Positions 1 through 7,555 of a DNA stretch of 64,000 nt are shown piece by piece. The DNA lies in IMG/VR virus record IMGVR_UViG_3300044723_001152, positions 1 to 64,000 of that record. The stretch is one strand, 5' to 3'. The position numbers and the translations under genes were made by a program. How positions within the stretch are numbered: position 1 is the first letter of the stretch; each line of letters opens with the position of its first letter. This DNA is from a virus (Duplodnaviria > Caudoviricetes). The notes beneath the pieces are model-generated. The model saw nothing but the letters and a program-made list of their open reading frames with translations. It searched no databases and was not told the origin of the DNA.

Positions 1-1
1 C

Positions 2-541
2 AGAACTATTAGTAATTGTTGCGTTGGTAGTAGATGTAGCCACATCTTTGATTGTACCAGAGTTTAATGATGTTGCGTTAGCACCAATTGATAACACATC
101 ACCTGCGTTTGTAGCAGCGTTAGCAGCTGCGATTGTTTCTCTGAATACTAATTCGTTTGTACCAGTACCAGAGATGTAATCTGCTGTTAAGTTTCTAGCT
201 GGTGTATCATTTGTAATCGTTAAGTTTGGTGTACCACCTGATGTATTTACAACAACTGGCTCGTTAAATCTAACTCTTACGTCAATGTTACCACCATCTG
301 ATTTATCAAATGATGTTGTAATAAACTCGATTTCTGTAATATCAGCAGCACCTAGTGAAGCAGATAGTCCGCCTATAGCGACCAAAACTTCTTCGTCTGC
401 TGAGGTGTTGTCGTTTCCTGATAATGCTGAACCCGCTTCTCTTACCCAACCTTTTGTATTAGCAAAGACTTCTTTTTTCTCTGCTGTAGTAAGGTTCTTA
501 GGTTTGGATTCGTCACTATCACTTGCTCCCCATAGTCCCAT
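2..541 (-). CDS. Probable virion structural protein, partial (runs off the left edge; not in the ORF track)
   Basis: Manual translation from ATG at 541 with SD AAGGAG: MGLWGASDSDESKPKNLTTAEKKEVFANTKGWVREAG...VRVRFNEPVVV...YISGTGTNELVF. Beta-rich and Ig-like, open to the window edge. Confidence 0.75.
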   Translation of the reverse strand, partial: MGLWGASDSDESKPKNLTTAEKKEVFANTKGWVREAGSALSGNDNTSADEEVLVAIGGLSASLGAADITEIEFITTSFDKSDGGNIDVRVRFNEPVVVNTSGGTPNLTITNDTPARNLTADYISGTGTNELVFRETIAAANAATNAGDVLSIGANATSLNSGTIKDVATSTTNATITNSS

Positions 542-581
542 TTTGTTTCTCCTTAAATATATTTAAAAACGTTTCGTATTA

Positions 582-1172
582 CTATTTATATCCTATTTTC
601 TTTAAGTCTGATATTACTTGTGGTGTCGACTTATAGAGTATAGGTTGACCTTTCGCCTGTTTCCATTCAGTAGTATTCTTTTTGAAATCATCAATTAGAA
701 CATTACCCTTAGCATATACCCGTTTTTGGTCTCTACGGACTATATGTATCCTCTCTTTATCCGTCAGTTTTAGGTTCCTCTGTAACCACAACCTCTTACC
801 CTTTATACTGTTTAAATCGTATGGTGTGTAGGCTGATAGTATGTGTGGATTAAACTTACGAATGAATGACCATAACTTCATGCCACCTGGTGTCCAGGGT
901 AGAGTTGGCCAAAATAACTTGTATTGATTGACTGGTTCCCATTTCTGCGCCTTGTTAGGAGCTGATAACCAGTCTTCAGCGTCAGAATACCCGGACATCT
1001 GCATTGGTCCAGGTTCTGACGGATTCTTTGATTTCAGGTTAAACATGTTGGCAATACCTCTGTTGAAATCACAGAGCACACCGTCCATATCACAATAGAT
1101 AGTTGGGAGACCGTCTTGTTCTTGGACTAATGTTATGCCACGAATAGTCTCCGCTAGTGCGGAGTATCTCAT
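582..1172 (-). CDS. HAD-superfamily phosphatase, 5'(3')-deoxyribonucleotidase (NT5C)-like
   Basis: Motif I DMDGVLCDF, HILSA (motif II), K in GKRLWL, and motif IV LIDD. Confidence 0.85.
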   Translation of the reverse strand: MRYSALAETIRGITLVQEQDGLPTIYCDMDGVLCDFNRGIANMFNLKSKNPSEPGPMQMSGYSDAEDWLSAPNKAQKWEPVNQYKLFWPTLPWTPGGMKLWSFIRKFNPHILSAYTPYDLNSIKGKRLWLQRNLKLTDKERIHIVRRDQKRVYAKGNVLIDDFKKNTTEWKQAKGQPILYKSTPQVISDLKKIGYK

Positions 1173-1844
1173 CTATTTTCCCATACTCTTAGATATTGCT
1201 TTACGTCTCTTATGTAGGAACTTGTCTGAACTATCCACATCACCATCGTTATCAATGTCTTTGTCTTTTCTATCTTTAAATTTTTTCTTTACTGCCTTTG
1301 GTTGAACAGCGTCTAAACCGTCACCATCGTCTGACTTATCATTCTTGTTAGTCTCAGCCTTATAGTATGTGTCGATGATTGTATCTACCAGAGATTTAAT
1401 CTTGCCCTGTTGTGCCGCTTGTATCTCAGCATTTAGATCCTCACCGTGTACCTCAATACCCTTAGCCTCTTTGTTCTTCTTGCTCATCTTCTCAGCGTCT
1501 TCGACTTTGTATTTCTTACCTGATACTACAAATTCCTTGTCGCCATTCTGTTTAGCAGCCTGTAGTGCCTTACCAAATGCGTTGCCTTCTTCTTCTTTTG
1601 GTTTCTCACCTTTTTCTTTTTTAGAAATCGCAATCGCAGCCTGTTGTGCTGGGTTAGCAGCCTCTTGGCTAAGTTGTTTCTGTTTTTCTTCTTCCGCTTG
1701 TACTCTAGCGCTCGATTGTACGTGTGGTTTATCACCAACTACCGCATTCTGTTTATCTGTGATATCTGCTATCACGCTGGCTAGTGACCCCTTCTTTGGT
1801 TCTCCAAAGTATGTTGGGTTCCAACCTAGTGTTTTCTTTGTCAT
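1173..1844 (-). CDS. Charged low-complexity hypothetical protein with an EF-hand-like loop; probable head internal protein
   Basis: K/E-rich; contains DIDNDGDVDSSD at 1224-1259. Confidence 0.7.
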   Translation of the reverse strand: MTKKTLGWNPTYFGEPKKGSLASVIADITDKQNAVVGDKPHVQSSARVQAEEEKQKQLSQEAANPAQQAAIAISKKEKGEKPKEEEGNAFGKALQAAKQNGDKEFVVSGKKYKVEDAEKMSKKNKEAKGIEVHGEDLNAEIQAAQQGKIKSLVDTIIDTYYKAETNKNDKSDDGDGLDAVQPKAVKKKFKDRKDKDIDNDGDVDSSDKFLHKRRKAISKSMGK

Positions 1845-1862
1845 TTTAGTCTCCCTTAAAAT

Positions 1863-3383
1863 CTATCTGAATTTAATCTTACCACGTTTTGGTACGATTT
1901 TTAGTTTATATCTTACCATGTCCACGACTTCTGGTGGCATGAAATAATTTAACATGTTGGCAATAGAATCTTTTTCTGCTCTACTACCTCTCATCATCTT
2001 TTCAATTCTGTCAATCACCTTAGGATCAACTTCTTTAAACTTACCTTTTTTAACTTCACTTAATTCTTGGTTATCGTCAGCGAATATCTCTATGTAAGGT
2101 AAAAAATTTTCTGGTAATGATTTCCATTTCATACCAAACTTCATTACTAACTTTGCTTTTGCCGCAGATGAAAGAATAGGTATGTCTGCTTTCGCTAATG
2201 CTAGTAGATTTGGTTTTTGAAATCTATCCATCATGTTACGAAGTTTAGCAAATGTCTCTGGACTATGACCAGTCTCTTTACCTCTTAATGGTTCATACTC
2301 TTTTTTCAATCTGTCGATTTGTTTAGATGTAAATTCCTCTAATGGTTCATAACTTTCTGCTGATTCTTTTTGTTCTTCACCAGTTTTGTAAGAGTAAGCA
2401 GTTTTTAAGTAGTCATGTGCTTTTGTGATTTTATTTTGTAACCATTCTTCTACATCACCATCTTTACTTATCATACTTTCAATACCATCTAAAAAGTGTC
2501 TCATACCCTTTACTTGATTCATAATCATATCTACCTCTTCAGCACCACCAGTATCTTGTGGATCAACTGCTTCTTTTATTTTAGTAAATTGCATTTTATT
2601 GCCATATGCACTATAAGATATTTTCTCACCTGGTTTATATCTTTTACCTGCTTGAGATAATCTAGTCTGTTTATATACTCTAGCCTTATGTGATGGTTTC
2701 GCTGGTCTATTATTCTTGTTGTAATCGTCTCTCGCTTTCTTCGCGGATCTCTCATCTTTGAATACACCAATAACTTTCTGGTCGTTATCTCCCTTACCAC
2801 CAGTTACAACGAAAGCGTCTTTCTGTGCGACCGCCTCATCAACGGACTCTGACTTTTCTTTCTCTATGTCTTTCTTCATAGCGTCTCTCGCCTTTTGACG
2901 TTCTTGGTCTACCCTATCTTTTTCTTTTTTAAGTCTTTCTCTTTCAGAGGTTCTCTTTGCGATTGCGTCTGCCTTCTTCTTAGCCGCGTCTGCTCTACCT
3001 GAGGTAGATAATCTGTTCGCAACTTTCTTAATGCCACTTGCCGCACCTTTGGCTGCCATACCAGCACCCTTGGCGATGGCACTACCTGCCGCCTTCGCTG
3101 GTTTAGATGTTACTGCCTTCGCCGCACCCTTAGCCACTTTACCAACACCCTTCGCAATACCTTTTACTGCTTTGAATGGTAGTGTGATTGGCGCTACTGC
3201 GACTTTACCAATACCCTTGGCAATCTTGCCTATAACTTCTTCTAATTCTTCTTGTTGGTCCTCATCCAGACTATCATAATACTCATAAAATTGTTCGTCA
3301 TCTAGTTGTAGGACACCGTCAATATACTCCTCGAACATCATCTGCTCTTGGATCTGTGACATATTTAAACCGTATCTTTGCAT
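1863..3383 (-). CDS. Modular hypothetical protein, probable head-packaged internal protein
   Basis: 506 aa with its own late promoter (3402-3409) and SD GGAG. Modules are separated by LEE/VDE/IKE/LSE junctions and include a K/A/G-rich amphipathic segment. Confidence 0.7.
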   Translation of the reverse strand: MQRYGLNMSQIQEQMMFEEYIDGVLQLDDEQFYEYYDSLDEDQQEELEEVIGKIAKGIGKVAVAPITLPFKAVKGIAKGVGKVAKGAAKAVTSKPAKAAGSAIAKGAGMAAKGAASGIKKVANRLSTSGRADAAKKKADAIAKRTSERERLKKEKDRVDQERQKARDAMKKDIEKEKSESVDEAVAQKDAFVVTGGKGDNDQKVIGVFKDERSAKKARDDYNKNNRPAKPSHKARVYKQTRLSQAGKRYKPGEKISYSAYGNKMQFTKIKEAVDPQDTGGAEEVDMIMNQVKGMRHFLDGIESMISKDGDVEEWLQNKITKAHDYLKTAYSYKTGEEQKESAESYEPLEEFTSKQIDRLKKEYEPLRGKETGHSPETFAKLRNMMDRFQKPNLLALAKADIPILSSAAKAKLVMKFGMKWKSLPENFLPYIEIFADDNQELSEVKKGKFKEVDPKVIDRIEKMMRGSRAEKDSIANMLNYFMPPEVVDMVRYKLKIVPKRGKIKFR

Positions 3384-3401
3384 TTTATCTCTCCGTGTTA
3401 C

Positions 3402-3409
3402 TATTTATA
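3402..3409 (-). promoter_or_regulatory. gp55 late promoter
   Basis: TATAAATA upstream of the 506-aa gene. Confidence 0.75.
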
Positions 3410-3760
3410 CTAATTGTCAACTTTAGATCCTGCTCGCCATTGGTAGCATGACCAATACCCTGCGGTCGTCTTATCTTTCTTCTGGTCGCAATTGTGCCTC
3501 GCACGGAAAGATGCTCTCGCTCCTGGGTCGTCTCTCTTAATACTCATGTTAGGGTCACCAAAATTAACCTTGACTACGTTACCCTTCTTGTTCTTCACAT
3601 ACACGTGGAACTTAGAATTACCACCACTAGAACGGATTGGGTCATTTAGATTTACCTTCTTGCCCTGGTATTCTGCTTCCTGTATACCTTCCTTCTCATG
3701 TTCATATACCATCATCTCGCAAACATTGTCTATATGTTCAACTTCTTTTCTAGTTTTCAT
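3410..3760 (-). CDS. Conserved phage hypothetical protein (FRARHxC...YWSC motif)
   Basis: 116 aa; FGDPNMSIKRDDPGARASFRARHNC...AGYWSCYQW resembles a motif I recall from large phages. Confidence 0.7.
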   Translation of the reverse strand: MKTRKEVEHIDNVCEMMVYEHEKEGIQEAEYQGKKVNLNDPIRSSGGNSKFHVYVKNKKGNVVKVNFGDPNMSIKRDDPGARASFRARHNCDQKKDKTTAGYWSCYQWRAGSKVDN

Positions 3761-3761
3761 C

Positions 3762-5765
3762 TTATTTCCCTTTTACTTTTGAAGCCAAGTCTTTATCTGC
3801 CTTGCCCCAAGTTCCACTTGATTTTGTTACGAAACTGTTAACACGAGCCATACCCCATTGTTGTGGAGTTGTGCCTGGTCTGTGTCCAGTTCTCCATGCG
3901 GCCATGCCTCTGTTATATACCTTCATCAATACACCATATGGCATCCCTGATTTGGCTGCCTTCTTCTTAACACCCTCGTTCTCTGATAGTAACTCATCGA
4001 ACATCTCAGATACGGTCTTGTCCAGGTATAACCTGTAATCTGTACCATACTCGTCCTTATACTGTTCGATTGTCTCACTTTCCTCTGACCAAAATTTGAT
4101 ATCCTTAATCTCCTGTTCGACATCTTCGCCAAACTTCTTCTTAAATGCCATTGTGTGTTTAGATGGTTTAGTCTTAGCGTCAGCATCTCCTGGTGCGGGT
4201 TTGTATGCCGCAGGGTTATCATCGTCCATCTTCGCACCTTTTGTAAAGTGTCTGTCCCTGGAAACTTTTGTCGATTTCTTTAGACCCTTATAATATACGT
4301 CTGGTTGTGTGCCAGGTCTATTTTTGATATCTGGATCTTGCCCTGTCTCTTTCTTTCTCTCATCATCTTTACTCTCTGCTTTGATGGTAGCACCATAATA
4401 GTTTTTCATATCTATGGCAAATTTATTGAGGTCTTCACCTTTACCATCTATTCTAAAACTTTTTCTATCGCTCATCTTATCAATTCTAAAACCTGTTTTC
4501 TTACCAAATCTTTTTATATCGTCCATCGCCTTACGTCTTTTTACTGGATCTTTAATGGTAACTATCATCTTTTTAAATTCATCAAGTTCCACTTCTTCAA
4601 ACTTCTGGAACTTTCTATTACCAACTAACTTACCATAGTCTCTTACCTGACCTGGTGTTTGTATGTTGAATGTTCTCATCGTCTTAATCTGGTCTGCCTT
4701 ATCTGGTCCCTGTGTCCAATTATCAATGTCCTTGATAGCAGGTTGCCCTGGTGTGGTCACTGGTAACTTACGTTCTTTCTTCTTTGCCTTCTCTGTCTCT
4801 TTCTGTTCATCATCAACATGCTTCTTTTGTTTATCCTTGGCGTTGTTGATTTCTTCATCGAAAGTTGAGAATGTCTTCAACGTCTCGCTATTCTTTTGTA
4901 GTACCAACTTCTTCTTATCAACGTTCTCTGTCTGTAACTCTGTGTCGATAGATTGTGCGGGTTGAATATCATCTAGGAATGCTTTCTGTATCCCACCATC
5001 TTCCATCTCGTATTGGACGTAATTTGGTCCTCGTTTAATAATCGTTCCAACATTACCACTTGGCTTGTGTTCAACTGTCTCACCCATCAGGTATATCTCG
5101 TTGTTGTGGTATTGTTCTCTTATATCTTTCAATTCCTCATTATCACTTGGGGCAAGTATTTCTTCATTCACACCCATCCCATTTTTTAAATCTTTAAATA
5201 ATTTCATGGCGTCATTCTCCTTGGTGCCTGCGATAAGTCCTGCTCTGAAACTTTTGAAGTCATTCTTCATAGCGTAATCCCTCATTTTACTGGCACTCAT
5301 TCCTTTCGCACCAGTGGCGTCTGGGTCTCTACCCCCAGCACTCACTACTTCAACCGTATCAAAGTTATAGTCCTTACCTTTATATTTGTTAATCAATGTC
5401 TTAAATTCTGCGACCCTATCACTACCTGCGACCATATAGACATCAGTATATTTCTTATCAAATCTATTTTTCAATATTTCCATGAATGTTCTTTCACGTC
5501 CTGTCGCTGGTAAAATTTGTATGCCTACTGGATACATCTTTTTCAGATAGTCAATCTTTTGTTTTACACTCAATGGATTCTTCTTACGATCCTGAGTGGC
5601 ACTCACATATAGCACGGGCAAACCTTTTGCCCTCTTTGCCACTGTGATAACTCTGTCAATGAGACGTTGGTGACCTATCGTAGGTGGATTCATACGACCA
5701 AAAGCAAACACCACTGTCTGTTTTCGTCCTACGTCTTTTCTCAATAGTTCCTTTAACGTCTTCAT
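3762..5765 (-). CDS. HIGH-motif nucleotidyltransferase (NadD/cytidylyltransferase-like) fused to several C-terminal modules
   Basis: FGRMNPPTIGH (TxGH), VAGSDR and MSASKMR (KMSKS-like) lie in the first ~200 aa. An SH3/KOW-like segment and a C-terminal RGMAAWRTGHRPG...WGMARVNSF module follow. Confidence 0.8.
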   Translation of the reverse strand: MKTLKELLRKDVGRKQTVVFAFGRMNPPTIGHQRLIDRVITVAKRAKGLPVLYVSATQDRKKNPLSVKQKIDYLKKMYPVGIQILPATGRERTFMEILKNRFDKKYTDVYMVAGSDRVAEFKTLINKYKGKDYNFDTVEVVSAGGRDPDATGAKGMSASKMRDYAMKNDFKSFRAGLIAGTKENDAMKLFKDLKNGMGVNEEILAPSDNEELKDIREQYHNNEIYLMGETVEHKPSGNVGTIIKRGPNYVQYEMEDGGIQKAFLDDIQPAQSIDTELQTENVDKKKLVLQKNSETLKTFSTFDEEINNAKDKQKKHVDDEQKETEKAKKKERKLPVTTPGQPAIKDIDNWTQGPDKADQIKTMRTFNIQTPGQVRDYGKLVGNRKFQKFEEVELDEFKKMIVTIKDPVKRRKAMDDIKRFGKKTGFRIDKMSDRKSFRIDGKGEDLNKFAIDMKNYYGATIKAESKDDERKKETGQDPDIKNRPGTQPDVYYKGLKKSTKVSRDRHFTKGAKMDDDNPAAYKPAPGDADAKTKPSKHTMAFKKKFGEDVEQEIKDIKFWSEESETIEQYKDEYGTDYRLYLDKTVSEMFDELLSENEGVKKKAAKSGMPYGVLMKVYNRGMAAWRTGHRPGTTPQQWGMARVNSFVTKSSGTWGKADKDLASKVKGK

Positions 5766-6838
5766 TTTTTCTTACTCATTTCCTTGTAGCCTTTTAATCT
5801 ACTCTTTTCTTTTCTACCCCTATTCTTAGAGGCGTCTTCAAAACCCACGATGTCCTTACCTTTGTGTGACGCATCTTTGCCATCACCATTTCCGTAAGTA
5901 CCCTTGTCTCTATTATATTGTACCAACTGTTTGCGATACTCTATACGTTCTGGTGATGATTGAAACTTCTTGTATTCTCTCTTATAGTCTCTCTCTGCTT
6001 TCTCACCAATAGGTGTTGTTAGTCTAACCTTCTTATCTTCACCCTTAGCCCGTTGTAAGTCAGTGGCACTTGGTGCCCCTTTCTCACCAGGTTTTCTCAT
6101 TCTCTTGCCACTCGCTTTTCTTTTACGAATATTATGCCAGAGACCTTTTCCTTTTTCAGATATAGTCATTTCTTCCCTCATTTGTTTCTTTTCTAATTCT
6201 CTTTTTATCCACATTTTTGCTGTGTAATTTGTTATAGGTTGTTTCACTATCTTACGAACCATCTTATAAGATTTTTCTAATATATCATCATTTGATTTAT
6301 TATTATCAATCACAATAAAGTTTTTCATACCAAATAGTCTTTGTAGTTTTCCCATATTTGCTTGTATTTCTGAATGACTTTTTTTTACGATATCATCAGG
6401 AACTGTTCTATTTCTTTTGGTATTTCTTGTTAACGCAACATCTAAACTTGTATTCACAAATATCATATAACAATCATAACCTAATCTTTTTAATCCTCGT
6501 AAACCTATTTCAATTTTTTTTGTATCTCTTGCTGTACTATCAATAACTAATCCTAATCTACCTTTAATATACAATTCTAAACTTTTAGCAGTTAATTCTT
6601 TCGACTTTAATCGCAATCTATCTCTCTTATCTTGTTCACTAGATGGCATGTCTAAAGATAAACCTGCTTTCTTTAATGCGTTTTCAAAGGGAGTGTCTGA
6701 ATTAACATTCTTTAATCCTAGACCTGGTGTTATTCTTTGATTAACATAAGTCTTACCAGAACCTGGACCACCAGCAAGAAAGAATGCCTTGAAGATACCT
6801 GGGTCATATAAACCTTCCTTGATAATAAATCTTTCCAT
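5762..6838 (-). CDS. P-loop kinase (zeta-toxin/AAA_33-like) with basic and HNH-like C-terminal modules
   Basis: Walker A AGGPGSGKT, LVIDST Walker B, and YMIFVNTSLDVALTRNTKR lid. The C-terminus reads GDGKDASH...SKNRGR. Its stop overlaps the start of the nucleotidyltransferase gene. Confidence 0.8.
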   Translation of the reverse strand: MERFIIKEGLYDPGIFKAFFLAGGPGSGKTYVNQRITPGLGLKNVNSDTPFENALKKAGLSLDMPSSEQDKRDRLRLKSKELTAKSLELYIKGRLGLVIDSTARDTKKIEIGLRGLKRLGYDCYMIFVNTSLDVALTRNTKRNRTVPDDIVKKSHSEIQANMGKLQRLFGMKNFIVIDNNKSNDDILEKSYKMVRKIVKQPITNYTAKMWIKRELEKKQMREEMTISEKGKGLWHNIRKRKASGKRMRKPGEKGAPSATDLQRAKGEDKKVRLTTPIGEKAERDYKREYKKFQSSPERIEYRKQLVQYNRDKGTYGNGDGKDASHKGKDIVGFEDASKNRGRKEKSRLKGYKEMSKKK

Positions 6839-6841
6839 TGA

Positions 6842-7555
6842 TTATACCCGCATTGTCCTTGGATTATCTAATATGATTAAATCAAATATTGCACCAGCAC
6901 CTGTTGTTGCGCCTGCTTTAATTCTTACTTCTAAATCTGTCTTTTCATCAAATTCTAATGGTACAGGATATTCGTATGTTACAGGACCACCAGATGAACC
7001 AAATTTACCTTTAATATTAAAAGCACCATTTTCTGGTTTTGCCAAAAATTCAAACTCACATTCTTTTGCTTTTTCTAAATTGCCTTGAAATTTAATTAGA
7101 TATCCTTTTTTACCAGCAGGAATTGTATATAATGCCATAAGTGTTTGACCTTTGCCTGCAAGTATTTGTGCGGCAGTTTTACTATCTGCTGTTATTGTGA
7201 GAACACCCACATTTGATGAACCTGTATTTGCTGTTAATAATACTGCTCTAAATATTCTAAAAAATTCTACTGATCCAGCAGAACCACCTATTGTTAAAGT
7301 TTCTGAAACTTCGTTGTAACTAGCATCCAATCCTGACACTAAAACTGTACCATCATTATCTGAACTTGTATCACTTGAAGTGACTTGTGCTGTGCCAGCG
7401 CTAGAAATATAAGTATAAACATTTGAAGCGTCTATAACACTTTCAAAACTGGTGCCTACTGTTGGATTGTATCCAAACTTATTAATATGACTTACGCCTC
7501 TAACAAGACCTCTTGCAATCTGAAAATTTTGTTCGTTAATATATCCTACAGTCAT
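6842..7555 (-). CDS. Hypothetical beta-rich protein, probably virion-associated
   Basis: 237 aa, S/T/G-rich with predicted beta character; lies in a late operon. Confidence 0.6.
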   Translation of the reverse strand: MTVGYINEQNFQIARGLVRGVSHINKFGYNPTVGTSFESVIDASNVYTYISSAGTAQVTSSDTSSDNDGTVLVSGLDASYNEVSETLTIGGSAGSVEFFRIFRAVLLTANTGSSNVGVLTITADSKTAAQILAGKGQTLMALYTIPAGKKGYLIKFQGNLEKAKECEFEFLAKPENGAFNIKGKFGSSGGPVTYEYPVPLEFDEKTDLEVRIKAGATTGAGAIFDLIILDNPRTMRV

